A DNA stretch of 63,839 nt, the filler included, from Choristocarpus tenellus KU-1152 (lineage: Eukaryota > Protista > Phaeophyceae): assembly GCA_964200185.2 (NCBI GenBank). It is 13 parts of 13 records of this genome, joined end to end, with 100 filler letters (N's around TTAATTAATTAA, not from the genome) between each part and the next. Parts side by side here need not be neighbours in the genome. Positions count along the whole stretch, not along the records: positions 21,982 to 29,758 come from CAXNAD020005594.1; positions 29,859 to 33,358 come from CAXNAD020019611.1; positions 33,459 to 41,112 come from CAXNAD020005807.1; 10 more parts are not named here. One strand, 5' to 3'. Position numbers and translations under genes: made by a program. This document shows positions 25,801 through 38,199 of this stretch, piece after piece; the first letter of the stretch is position 1; each line of letters opens with the position of its first letter. Under the pieces are notes generated by a model. That model worked only from the letters and a program-made list of their open reading frames with translations, was not told the DNA's origin and made no database searches.

Positions 25801-28800
25801 TATCATGCACTACATCACAGGAAGAGTTGCACAAAAGTCAGAGGTGGTCGGGCCGCAACAAGGACGCTAGAGACCGTATGAGACTTGTCTGGGATAGTCG
25901 GCGGCTGGAGTACGAGAGCAAGCAGCGCGACTTTGTGGCATTGAAGGCCACACAGGAGACGAAGGAGAAGAAGAGACAAGGACAAGAAAACGCTAAGGTG
26001 ATGTAAAATGCACATTGATTGCTCTCTTGCCAATAGGGCATCGGCATCCTGTACCTTCATCACAGTAGTGCAATCTTGTGCTGGACGCGTAGAAATATTT
26101 GCCCGTGGTTGATAGTATTGGTTAAGAATTTCAATAGCATCTGAACGCCTTCTACCTTTAGTGTTTGTCTGATCGTTTCACCAATGGAACGGCTTCCAGG
26201 ATGATCACTCGACCAGCAAAGCACTTGCCAGGATTCAGAACGAATATTTAATCATAATATTAACATATTGCTGTATCTTCAGTGTTATTCTCTCAGGATT
26301 TAGCCATTGTCACAACAGAGTGGTTTCATGGATCCAAGGACACACGCTAGAGGGTGGTTGTGATGGGACAACTGAAATGAGGATCCAAAGAAATAATAAA
26401 ACTGAGAGTCAAAGTAAACGGGAGGTACTCAGAGTTGCATTTTAAGGATGCTGACAACTATTGGAAAATTCGGCTTTTTTTTACAATGTTTGTCGGATAA
26501 TTTTGTTAACAATGTCAAAAAATATTCAAAAAATAGAGAAATAGACACTCTCAGGTCAAACTTAGCACTTCATCTATAGAAATATGGGTGAATGGTAAGA
26601 GATTGAAAAACATGCTTAGATGCGAATCAACCTAAACCTGGGTACCTCTCGTTTACTTTGGTCCTCACCATTTTCGATCAGGTATGCTTGTAGGATGGTT
26701 GTCAGGATCCGATATACGCTTTTCACCATCATTGTAGCAAGAGATGTGGTCATGGTCCAGAACAATAACAAGGGTGGCAACATAGACAATGATATATTAC
26801 TCATTTATATCTTGTAGGTATTCACAGCAGGAAAGAACCTCACATTGTCCAAAGACATGCATGAGGGCAACAGTGCTGGATGGAACCATAGGCGATCTGA
26901 TCCAACCATAATGCTAGCTGGCAGCCTGTTTTCTGGCCACTTCAGCCACGAAACGTTCTCTAGAATGAAATGGAAATAGTAACAACCTCTTCGGAGGAAA
27001 TCAACGTTGAGAATGTCCCTGATACGGTTGCTAGGTGGTACTCTTTTGGTGGAAATTTTGTCACGTCTCACTACATCATCTTCCTCCCACAACCAACAGA
27101 TTGCAGCTAGGGCTCGGCAGCAAAGGCAGAGGGAGAGCATAGCTCGACAGCAGGCACAGAGTACAAAGGGAGGGGCAGAGGATCGTGCGAAGGAAGCAGA
27201 TTTGTCACTGAAGAATCGATTGTGTAACTTGAAGGAGAGGCGAGACAAAGGTGTGGGCAAACATGGTGCTTAGGTGAAAGATGTGCGACTTTGAAGGCTG
27301 GTCGAGGAGCAAAGATCTTTTCAACAGGAGAGAGCCTAGTAGGGAAGTATTACATGGGCACACAGTCCGGTTGGCTTGCTTTACTTGTGCGTATTGTGTG
27401 CACTTGTGCTCAGTAGTAGATAGCAAGGGCCTTTCCTTTAGATCTTGAGTAACCACCCTGAAAACACAACATTATGATGAGCCTTAAACCTTGACAAGAT
27501 CTTCTCCCTCCTCTCCCCTCTTTCCAACATCCTACATGCACACTTTGACGTGGCGTATTTTTGCTTCATAACAAAGATTTTAATCATAAGAAAGATTTTA
27601 ATCATAACAGATTTTAATCATAACAGATTTTTCCTTCCCTCCTGACGAAAGTAGACCTTGAGTTCGCATTTTCACTCCCAAGATCCCACAGGACGGACAG
27701 CATTCCTTCCTATTGTTCCCCTACTGTACGTACACCCGTTGAAACACCAAATATTGCACAGAGCGCAGCGAGCTGGAGAGACGCACAGAACGATCCGATC
27801 AACACCGGGAGATGGTTCGACAAAACTTTCTTAATATGGTGGAGACTGAAAAAGACACCGCCGTCCTGATACTGGAAAACCCTCGCGAGGTAAGAATTGA
27901 ACTAGATTTACTTGTACTACTACTAGTACTACTAGTACTACAACCACTGCTGCTACTGCTACTGCTTTGGCTACTACTACTACTACCACCACTATTACCG
28001 CTACTACTACTACGACAACAGCTTTTTAAATTATTGCAAAGCAAAGTGGAGATTATTGAATTGCCCAGTGAGTGCCACTCTTTTTGTGAGTGGAAGCCTT
28101 GTTGGTGTTCTAAGCACAGGCCCATTAGACAAGCGGCTGTAGTGTACCTCTCCCAAAACAAATCTTTGTGCCTCCTTGTCTGCCTGGGTCTCTGAGAAGT
28201 GATCCTTCAGGAGAAAATATCAATACAGTGAGGGCATAAAAGCAACAACAAAAAATTGAAGAACAAAAGTATTTTGAATGTCCGCCAGTCCTCCTTGCTT
28301 CACATGTATGCATGCCTAGGGTTTTTTGTGCAGGTTTTGTTCTGACAAGACAGTTACAACTGTCCAACAGATTCACTGCTAGCGGCAGCTAAATCTATCT
28401 ACCCTGGTTGTACCTCCTTAGGTATAGTTCACTAAGACCAAGCCAATGTTATTATATACTGTTTAGACATCTTGACACAAGAAATAACAGTTCTTCGCAC
28501 TCAATGCAGTATTAGAATTACCGTGCGGATTTTCTGTACCCGGGAGGCGTAGAAAACACCAAAAATGGTAAGACACCATGGTTATCTTCATCGACATTTT
28601 GTTCCATTACTAACCTCAAAGCGTTGTCAGAAGCAAGGTGCGCAAGCTCTGCAACTCTAGATTGAAATAGATTGAGGTGCTCACTAATAATTGGTCTTGG
28701 TATTGGGGTGCGGATGATTGACAGAGCGGCGTGGATCACCACAGGAGGCATAACCCCAGTATGTCATGGAGCTCATCTTGAGACTTTTGGCTAGATCTCA

Positions 28801-29444
28801 ATTTCGCTTTCTTCTGCTCCGCACCTTTGACAACTTTCTTCACCTTTCACTTCCTCCCGTAACTGTCCCGTGCCCTTCACGTGGCAAAAAGGATGTGTGC
28901 TACAGGAATTCTAACTAAGGATATTTAGAACAACCACCACGGTGATCACCGTCAATGCTATCGATATCGAACTATCGGCTACGATTCACACAAGACTGCC
29001 TAGCACTTAAGATATACGATGGCAGCTGTGTCACATCATGCAGCGCCTCGAGGCCTTGAAAACTTGAACAAAAAGATAGTCCCTGACAACAAACAACAAG
29101 CCACAAACAAACAAAGGAAAATCTTTGCAGCTATTCATCAGACAGGTTGCGTGCAAGTCCGACCTTACACGTTCATGCCTATTTTGTTCCTTATTCCCTC
29201 CTCCAACCCCCCCCCCCCTCCTGGCGTCCTCAAGGTATTACACAGGGCCGTTGAGGGGCAGGATGGAGAACTGCAGAAGAAGGTGAGACGAGCAGTCCTG
29301 CAGAAGATTGCGAGGGAACGTGTAAGCGTGAGGGAGAGGGCAATGAAGCTGCTGGCAGAGGAGCGAAAGAAGGAAAGGACCAAGGCAGGGGGGGCAAGGT
29401 ACGGCAAGAAACGAGACAAAGGCTTCACTGCAGATGTGTATTGA
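22805..29444 (+). CDS. Unidentified charged coiled-coil protein (3' partial; exons 22805-?, 23834-23912, 25821-25997, 27100-27250, 27762-27889, 29235-29444)
   Basis: The last five exons have AG/GT ends and join in phase (0,0,1,0) into an R/K/E/Q-rich helix ending ...KKRDKGFTADVY*. The donor of the first exon is uncertain. Confidence 0.75.
23337..23595 (+). mobile_element. MITE family A (Sola-like), full copy
   Basis: TIRs GAGCCAAAGTATCTTAGAGGGTA / TACCCTCTAAGATACTTTCACTC; 4-bp TSD CTAT. Confidence 0.92.
24385..24661 (+). mobile_element. MITE subfamily C (diverged relative of family A)
   Basis: Ends GACCC...TCTAGAGGGGA / TCCCCTCTAGA...GGGTC. The interior 24571-24640 aligns with 51127-51198. 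No clean TSD. Confidence 0.55.
27912..28013. repeat. (CTA/CTG)n microsatellite, intronic
   Basis: Read directly; it explains the spurious poly-Leu and poly-Ser ORFs. Confidence 0.9.
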
Positions 29445-29858
29445 GACAAAGCATCCCAGAGGGGGGTGCCATGGCTGTTGAAAGGGGTCACCGTAACTGT
29501 ATTCTGATCTGCATCTTTCCGTCCCTATATATATATATATATGTATACTCCAGTTCAATAATAAAACATCTATCCACAGGGATATTTGCTTCTACATTCA
29601 CTATCTCCTGGTCGAGGTTAACTGAATTCGGGTCATGAAAATGAGGTGTCAGGCATCAATCACATTCACAACCCCCCCAACAACAGAAAGACCAAAATAT
29701 GTCCTCCCCCCCCCCTCCCCCGGGGGGGTAATTTTAGCTCTTGTGTTTGTTCGCTATTNNNNNNNNNNNNNNNNNNNNNNNNNNNNNNNNNNNNNNNNNN
29801 NNTTAATTAATTAANNNNNNNNNNNNNNNNNNNNNNNNNNNNNNNNNNNNNNNNNNNN

Positions 29859-30707
29859 AGTCCTGCTATGTGGGGAGTATCCAGCATGCCAGGGGGAGGG
29901 GGAACTGGACAAGGGGTTGGAGGGGGAGGGCGTGTCCCTGGTCCAGTTCCATTGTCCCTCACTCCGGCAATGATGAATCAGGGTCTGAATCAGGGAGCAG
30001 AACAAGGAATGCACATGGGGGGTGGCATGGTCATGGGTGTGAACCCAGGGCATCTAGGAGGGGCACTTGGGGCAAGGCCCATGGGTCCAGGGATGGCACG
30101 AGGGCCTCACATGATGATGGGAGCCATGCCTGGTGGGTTACCTGGGGGGGGATTGAGACCAGGCCCAATTCCACGGGGGATAATGCCTACTGGTCGCCCC
30201 TCAGGAATGTTCAACCCGCAGCAATTGCAACACATGCAGCAGTTGCAACAACAAGCTCAAGTGCAGGTTCAAGGGCAAGTGACCTCTCCACCGCAGTGGG
30301 TCCCAAGAGGTGTAGTCCACCCTCAGCCTGCAGGTGTGCGTCCACGAAGGGGAGGAGGGGGGGGGGGGCGAAGGGGTACTCAGCAAGGAGTGACTGGGGC
30401 AGGAGGGGGAGTGATGCCTACAGGTCAACCTCTTGCACGAGGTGCTCCTGCGGGGCAGGGGAGTGGAGGGATGCGCCGTGCCAGTGGCAAGCCTTCAGGA
30501 CGTACCCAGGGTCAAGGGCAAGAGGGAAAGGATGTAGCCAACGGTGGGGGACAAGGTGGTGACAGCCGCAACCGCTCTTCTGGTTCCAATGGAGGGTCGG
30601 GCAACAGCAAGGCCAAGGCCAGTAAGAAAATGGAGTCACAAGCATTGTATGTGCCAAAAAGGTCAGCAGCTGCTGGTGGAGAGTCAGCACCTTCCAAGCA
30701 CTCGTAG
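29859..30707 (+). CDS. Terminal coding segment of a Gly/Met/Pro/Gln-rich low-complexity protein (5' truncated by contig end)
   Basis: ~280-codon open frame from the contig start to TAG, GC-rich, with GM/PG-rich, Q-rich and RGG tracts and a C-terminal ALYVPKRS. No domain recognised. Confidence 0.7.
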   Translation, partial: SPAMWGVSSMPGGGGTGQGVGGGGRVPGPVPLSLTPAMMNQGLNQGAEQGMHMGGGMVMGVNPGHLGGALGARPMGPGMARGPHMMMGAMPGGLPGGGLRPGPIPRGIMPTGRPSGMFNPQQLQHMQQLQQQAQVQVQGQVTSPPQWVPRGVVHPQPAGVRPRRGGGGGGRRGTQQGVTGAGGGVMPTGQPLARGAPAGQGSGGMRRASGKPSGRTQGQGQEGKDVANGGGQGGDSRNRSSGSNGGSGNSKAKASKKMESQALYVPKRSAAAGGESAPSKHS

Positions 30708-33183
30708 ATAAAAAAAACTGTGAAACAAACCATGGTTAGGGAGGGGGGACTCTCCTTATGATGACCAGGGCAAGGTGGGTTGAACTCGCTGTTGTCTACT
30801 TGTTGCCTCTCCGGTGTGTGTTTATGAGGCTGTGGAGAGGCGATTAGAAGAGGCATCACTCTGTCTTTGGGCTCAGTTAGGAGAAAGATTCTCCAGGTTT
30901 GGGGTTGCTATAGTGGGACTAGGAGGGCGCATTGTGTGGTTTGGTGGGTAGGTGAGTTTTAAACTCAGCAGGCAGCAGCAATGGTGCCACCACTCACACT
31001 TTGTTTGCCATTGTTTGTGTCGACATCTCCTTTCGGGGGCAAAGTGTTGTTATAGTTGTGGGTGAAGGTAGGTGTTGGAGGAAACATGGAGAGGTATAAA
31101 GTTTGTAGTGTGGGAATGGACACCATGAGCAGTGCCTGCTGGCAAGTGCCGCACATTTTTATTCCTCCCTGTACCATAGCAGCCGCAGTAGTAGTAGCTA
31201 GCTGGAATGGGGCAACTAAAGGGTAAATGAATGAGAGTAAACTACGTTCAATGAGGAATGGGTGGGTTAGTGCATAAAGGGAGTCATGATAAGATGACAA
31301 GTGTGCATTGGGTAGTTTGTTCATTTGTTTTGGTGGTAGGGAGGCTCCTGACTATGGATTGATGGATGGAGGAATACACATTGTGGATGGATAATGGCCT
31401 GCATCCATCCACACTTCCACTCTTTTCTTGACAGCAATAAATGATTTTGCTCCTACAAATTTGGTGGTTTTTGGTAGATTTCTACATACCCGCCAATATT
31501 TCCATTACTTTTGCTTAAGGTTCGTAAGTATCTGTGTTCTTACGATGAAGCAAGAATGGGGGAGCCATATAGCAGTGTTGGAGGGGTGTGTGGTATGCTA
31601 TTATTATGTACTAGTTGATCACCAATTAACAATACATCATTCATTGGTTCTGGGGTGTTCTTTTGTTGGGTTAGTAACAGGACTTTTGAGGATGGGTGAA
31701 TGTGGATGGGTGACTCTTTATTATGTATGTCATGTGTGTGTGGTGCAGCAGTAGCTTCCGCTCATCAGCCAGTCCTTCCTGACAGGGGGTAGCTCGGCTA
31801 GCCTGTCATGCTGTGAAGCTATAATAACAATAACAAAGAGATGCTTAGAGCAAGAAAAGCTTCAAATTCTCGTCAACAGCAACAAAATTTGAAGCAAGAG
31901 ACACTTGGGGGTACAAGTAATTCAAGCTATGTTTGCACATATTAATACTGTGTTTTTTTCAACATAATAAGTATAAACATCATTCCTCACCACCAACCAT
32001 TACCCATCAACTAGAAATCAAAATAGCACAAAACATTGGAGAAGAGAAGGTGTAACATAATGATAATATATACACTCAATATTATTTTTCCAAATACCTT
32101 CCAGTCAATAGGACCCCAACCATCAATGTTTTATCAATTATTATAAGGAGGGTCTGTGACCTGGAGTTCTTGAGTACTTCTCCATATGGGCTTGGACAAA
32201 GGCCTCCATGCCTACCTATATATATGAGAACCAAGTAAACCATCGATGTTTCTGGGGTGAGGTCAATGCCCACTGTAGCTAAGAGCCCCAGCTCTCATTC
32301 CAAAGGGTGGTGACCTTGAGAGGGAGACACTTCTATCACATTTGCAAATCTCATATTGAAGAAGATTCCCACCCTCTGCAGACCTGTCTTCAGTTGGAAT
32401 GCTTCCTTCCTATTATTGCTGACTGTGGAACAATAGATCCTCCTGCAGGTGGAGAGGGATGAGTCATCCAGTTAACTTCTAGATGAGACTCCCTTGGGGG
32501 GCCAAAGGTTCTCTACAAGTTCTTCAGCGCCTTGAAGGCGGCGAGACAGAACAGGAGTGGGCATACATGTGCTATGTCGTTGTGCTCCCTACTTGGACTA
32601 TTAATTTGTACCATCCTTCATCCAGACAAAAGAGAAGGTCCGGAAAGTCCAGAGGTGTGTACATCACTTCTCATAGCTTGGCGAAAACATTTTGTACGAC
32701 TCCATGACCAACATCTGTGGTAATGTCTGAGCGTATATGTCTGGGGCGAAGACCGCCAGGACCTGTGGCGGACATGCTGTCTACCCGCATGAAGCTCGTG
32801 TGTAGGTACACACATTGGACAAATCATGATTTAACTAATTTATGGTTCACAAATCAGTAGGGAAAAGAAATGTACAATTATTTGTATAATAGGAAGGTTG
32901 AAGGAGTGGTAAAAATTAATAAATCATTTCTACCCAGGAATCTTGTACCGCAAGTCATGTACTGAGTACAACCCAATGTTGAGGAATTGTGTACAAATCC
33001 CGAGTTGTCAATATATCCTTGTTGGTTACCATGTGTACATAATTTTTATATATCATTCACCAATTTATCAGCATATATAAATTATTTGTCCCTTTTTTGT
33101 GTCGACAGAAGATACTGGTGTATTTGTGATCTGTCCCTACCTAATCTTTATATGCAAATATTACCTTGTGATTTGATTGTAAA

Positions 33184-33358
33184 TGCTCAAAGTATCTGTG
33201 GGGGGGTGGCAGCTATCCATTTGGGGCTCATTTTCAATGTCGCGGTTTTAGGGTGATTTGGTTGCATGCGTCGGACGGATAGTGTAAGTGCACATTTCCT
33301 GGTCAGGGCCCAAATGGACACCCTGGTGTAGACCCTCCCCCCCCCCCCCCACACACTG
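33184..33358 (+). mobile_element. MITE family B (G-tract type), left part truncated at contig end. Other pieces at 1-52, 8791-8806, 21863-21881, 21982-22039, 33459-33480, 41043-41112, 44859-44886, 57180-57202, 63824-63839
   Basis: CAAAGTATCTG(G)n terminus followed by GCAGCTRTCCATTTGGGG; aligns with the reverse complement of 49347-49583 and 21982-22039. The shortest pieces are assigned on the terminus alone. Confidence 0.8.
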
Positions 33359-34380
33359 NNNNNNNNNNNNNNNNNNNNNNNNNNNNNNNNNNNNNNNNNN
33401 NNTTAATTAATTAANNNNNNNNNNNNNNNNNNNNNNNNNNNNNNNNNNNNNNNNNNNNCCCCCCCCAGATACTTTGAGCCACTCAAATGAGAAACATAGA
33501 AAATAACTGACTTATTGGACCATGCCATATACTTTGAGCCTTAGCAAAAAAACAGGAAGTGGTCTGTCAGAAAATTTTCATTATTCTAGTGCAAGAAATC
33601 GCCTTCGACCAAGTATACTGTAGGAAGGTTGAGCAGTGGAAATGCCTTAGTATAAAAGTGAAGAAGAAAATATATGCCCAAACATCATGTCCTGAGTTTA
33701 CCATTTATAGTAATATTTAGGGATCATCTGCTCCCTGATGGTTGCAATTGCAATAATGCCTCCGAACTGAGAAACAACTGGGGTGCTCAACAACCCTGTG
33801 CCAGAGCTTGATAAAGTCGCTTGCTTGTAGACTGCTGCTGTCAGGTATTAATCACTGCAAAGTATTTGATTGGCAGAGATAACAAATTGCTGTATCAATG
33901 GCGTGAACACAACAAGTGAACCAATAGGATATGGTACTATACTCCAAACACCAGTCTATGTTTCCGTTGGATTTGAAGAGATGTCACGTGTTTGAACAAA
34001 CTGACAGGTAGTTCGAAGTCATCTCTTGCCATCTGTGGTGCAGATGAAGCTGAAATACGTATGGTCCATTAAGACAACAGTAATGCTGTGCAGTAAGCAC
34101 TGCGGAAGCACAACCTTCCAGGTCCTAATGACATACTTTTGTATTCTAACTGGTAGGTGTGATGTGTGAAGGATTACGTACAATAGGGAATACTTGCGTA
34201 GTTCCTATATTATGTACAGTAGCATGATGGTTACCATCAAGCACGGGACAAGTGAATAGACACATCGCAATTGCATGCTCTCACTAGTGTTCCATTGTTA
34301 CTCACAAATGGAACTCTTCAGCTTTTTAAGGTGAGTTCTAGGAACCTATGGTACAGTAACGTTGTATATTATGTATATAA

Positions 34381-34640
34381 GAGTGAATGTATCTTAGAGG
34401 GTACGAGTTTTGCCCTGTTTGTTCATTTGGGGCTTGGCTTCCCATGTATTTTTTTTAATGACATTTTCTACTCCAAAATGTTTAGGAGTAAGTGAAATGT
34501 ATACGTTATGAAAAGGTGTGTCCGGAACATGGATATTGACACTTACTAACAAATTCGATAGCCAAAAGTACATCAAAATCGCAAAATTGGATGTTGGCCC
34601 CCAAATGGACGCGGCTCTACCCTCTAAGATATTTTGGGTC
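34381..34640 (-). mobile_element. MITE family A, full copy
   Basis: Same TIRs and interior as 23337-23595 in reverse orientation; TSD ATAA. Confidence 0.92.
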
Positions 34641-35258
34641 ATAAACAATGACACACCCATCGCGTATATCTACGGAGCCAACATGCCTTCCTAGAACACG
34701 CGCGCACGCATGCACGCATGCACGCATGCACGCATGCACACACCCACAAAACACAAATACAAACACACAGCTTCGAAATATTTACGAGGGCGTGCTCTAA
34801 GAGTCCAAACATTCAACATGATCCCTTCAAGAAGTATGAAGTAAGCAATGCCTGTTGGCATCATTCAACACTCTTTCCCACCACAGCAAGCCTCTCTTTA
34901 TCCATTCACCCAGTATTTCATTTTTGTGCGTATACATACGGAATACCCTGCCTAGAACTTCGGCACCTAGCCTTTGGAGAATCTACAAATTCCCCACTAC
35001 TCTCTGTGGCACAGGATTGCCACATTTTCTTCCAATGTACCAAGCCCTCTGGACAACAGTGAGTCTAACATGTGCATCCTGAAAAATGAAGCCAGTAAGC
35101 ATAGTACTGCACTGAACTATCAGCACCGGCACTGGGCACTACCATGGTTCACCTGTACATGTACTAAACTCTATGACAACCACATAAGCTTGGAAGAGAC
35201 ACTTAACAAAAGCAGAATGGTAAGTGATAACCAATAGAATATAGTACTATCATCATTG

Positions 35259-36473
35259 CTATCTCGGGTAGTGCAGTAGGTTATTGTTGGCATCCTCCCA
35301 GCTGGTGGTCTTCTGCTTGCTTGCCCAGGCCACAAAACGACCTATTCCTTCATCTGCAAGAAGGCTCTCAACCGTTCGGAAGCGCTCAGCCAGGGTTAGA
35401 GCATCATGAGTGCGATGGATAGCACTGTGACACGGACGGCATATGCTGATTGTTCGAGCAAGAAATTCATCGCTGTAGCCCTTCTTCTTGTACCGTTTGT
35501 GGGAGCTTCTATATGCGGGAAAAATGGGAGGAGGGGGGAGTAGAGATATGGTACCTTGAAAGAGATATGGTAGGTGTCTTTGAGTTGTCTATTGATTTTG
35601 CAAGGACAGGTGTACCTCAAGTCAAACAGGAGAAATAGAAAAAAATATTTGGTCTTATTCATTACCAGCATTTAAAGGTACGGATGGGGCGAACAGGGGA
35701 GATGAGACGCACTGGATACCGTTCGGTGTCCTTGGTGAAGCATTAGCGAGCTTGAACACAGCAGTAAACTCGACAAGAAATGTGTATATCGATCGTACCT
35801 GGGCATAACGTGATGACGTGTCAACGGCATATGTCGCTCACACATTGAGCAGCAGCCTGGTTGGGTATCGCTCTCGGTTTTATCGTCGTCATCATTATCT
35901 CCTGAAGGAACTATCGGGAAACGTTTCAAAATGTCCCTACAATGGGATTGGGGGACCACAATTTGTGCATAAGGGGAGCAAAGGCTATGTAAGCCCAAAA
36001 CATTCAAGATATATATATATATGCTACGTAATCCTGCAGGTGTTAATGTGAATGTCACTCAACATTCGCTTCGAATACTTCTCCGAGTACGACCTAAAAT
36101 AGTCCTGAAGGAGTGTCTCCTTCTCATTTCAGGTTCCTTGTCTCAACATGATCATCCATTGGAACCTAAGTCATGCAAGACAAGCGTATCTCGTGTCAGG
36201 GAGGAAACGAATCCATGGATGCATCTACCTTAGCATGTCGTCCAACATCTCCTCTCGTTCACTTGGGGCCAAGGAGGCATTTGGTAAGTAGTCATCTAAG
36301 TATACCGACAAGTCTTCTACTGATTGTATCGAGCCTGCTTGGGCATCGTCCAACAACGCCTCGACGAACATTGTGCCCTCGTCCTCCAGTCCCTCGGATT
36401 CTCCCTCAGAAGAGGAGCAATGGAAAATCAGAGATCGTCGTAAGTCAACCTCCAGATCGGTTCGTGGTGGCAT
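35259..36473 (-). CDS. YisB-like HNH-motif protein, complete, 210 aa (exons 36473-36229, 35936-35799, 35508-35259)
   Basis: ATG to TAG with two phase-2 GT-AG introns, 633 nt in total. CSMCERHMPLTRHHVMPR-SSHKRYKKKGY...ISICRPCHSAIH...LAERFRTVESLLADEGIGRFVAWASKQ gives the CxxC...HH...CxxCH..IH pattern of the HNH/McrA-type Zn-binding nuclease fold. Confidence 0.88.
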
Positions 36474-38199
36474 GCTTTACACAACCCCCCGAATCTCGAA
36501 CCGAGGATCAGGTTCCTACCGGAATTTGGAAGTAGGAGAATAGCAATACTCCACCCCCAAGTCCGTCCGTGTATGTTGGGTTTTCTTCAATGCAAGCACT
36601 ACACACGACGCAGGATAGTACCTGGTATAGGATTAACTTTGACTGCGAAGGTTTCTATTGTAGGAGGCGTGTTCTGGTCGAATACATCCTTCATACACCA
36701 TTTCATTTTGTGCTCGAGAATCAATCTTTGTAACCAATTCCCATAGTAGTAACCTTCGTCTGACTTCAGAGTAGTGTGGGAAGGTAGCCAACGCGTGTGC
36801 AACAACACAGGCCCGGGAACCTGCAATGCAGGTCCCATCCCCTGATTTCCATCTCGCCGTCAGCCTGTCCTTGTCGTGGAAGAGCCAACCAATCAATCCC
36901 CTCTGCTCTTGCTGGAGATGCTAGAAAGCAGGATCATGTTGACACCAGGCACACTCGAACTTTTCCTGGGGCCTGGGATAAATTCTGGAAGCACATACAC
37001 ACGTCAAAACAACAGCATAGTACATGCAAATGGATGGGCATCTCTTCTATGGAAGCCGTTTACCACAACCGAATTTTTCGTATTAATGCGATGTTCCACC
37101 CCAGGGCACTGTTCAAGGCAGTCACTCTACCCTATAGCAGGACAAAATCCTCCTCCTGGGTGTGGCCTTTTCTGAGGTCCAGGCTGGATGTGTTAGGTAC
37201 TGGTTTCCCCATCTTATGACAGTGTCCCTGCAGGTGGTCCACAAGTAAATTCTCTACGCAAAAGAAAGTTCATTTCCACCCTGGTTGTAATAACCTCAAC
37301 AACACACTCTTTGGTGGAAGTCTGGATCTAGACAATTTAGCACAGCATTTTTTGGAAGAGGCAATGGCTCACATAGTGGGTGTTGGACCAGTGGGTTCAG
37401 GGTCAAGGGTGCAGTAACCTGCAACAGATGTATTGCGTCCGTAACAGGACGAGGAGCCTATTCAAGTCTCTGTCAAGTACTTCAAGTTGGAAACCCCGGA
37501 CCCATGGGATGGACCAAGGGAACCCTACACGACTCTTGGGATTATTGTCTCATTTCTAGACCACCTTTTAGTAGAATTGTAGTATCGGAGTATACGGGAT
37601 AACCATCTGTTTCCTCTGAAGTTCGAGGTACAACAGGAGAATGTTGTATATAATCGGAAGGCTTTTGTCGTAAACGATACATTCTCTGTTGCTGTTGTGA
37701 TCATTCTTGGGATGCCTCCCTAACTCCTCCCCCCGGGGTGAAGGAGTAGGTAGTTTGGAGGCACAGGAAGGCCGTAGTGACACATCTCCAAAATGTCAGA
37801 GGGCATAATAATATATATTATCGTGATCTCTTATTATTGTATTCATTCTCCCACCTAGCAACATCAAAACTCAGTACATTAAAATAATATTGTGGTGTGC
37901 AAACTAAAATAGTAGTTAGAAATATATTGTACACACAAAATTTGAGAGAAATTCACTTAATTGAAGAATCCTCAGAATCACAAAGAACTAACATTTTTCG
38001 ATCAAATATTTTGTATATTTTGGACGGTACTTTTCAGGGTCAGTTGTAGTAGGTAAAACAGTAGAAGATATGTGATATGACATCATTTCTCTTCAGAAAC
38101 ATATATAAATATTGTATTATGTTTACTTGAAACGAAGAAGCAATTAAGAGAGTATAATGTCAACAAAGAAAGACTAAATTAATTGATTTAATGATGGAC

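Noticed and set aside
28518-28751. Intronic antisense ORF vaguely resembling a Kolobok/Mutator-like transposase segment (likewise 53346-53678 and 54519-54851)
   Set aside because: Similarity is too weak to support by eye; likely TE debris.
36599-37460. ORF fragments upstream of the HNH gene as a partner gene or guide-RNA locus
   Set aside because: Interrupted by stops, with no recognisable motifs or structured repeat. Nothing supports an RNA-guided (IscB/Fanzor-like) system, and no RuvC motifs were seen.
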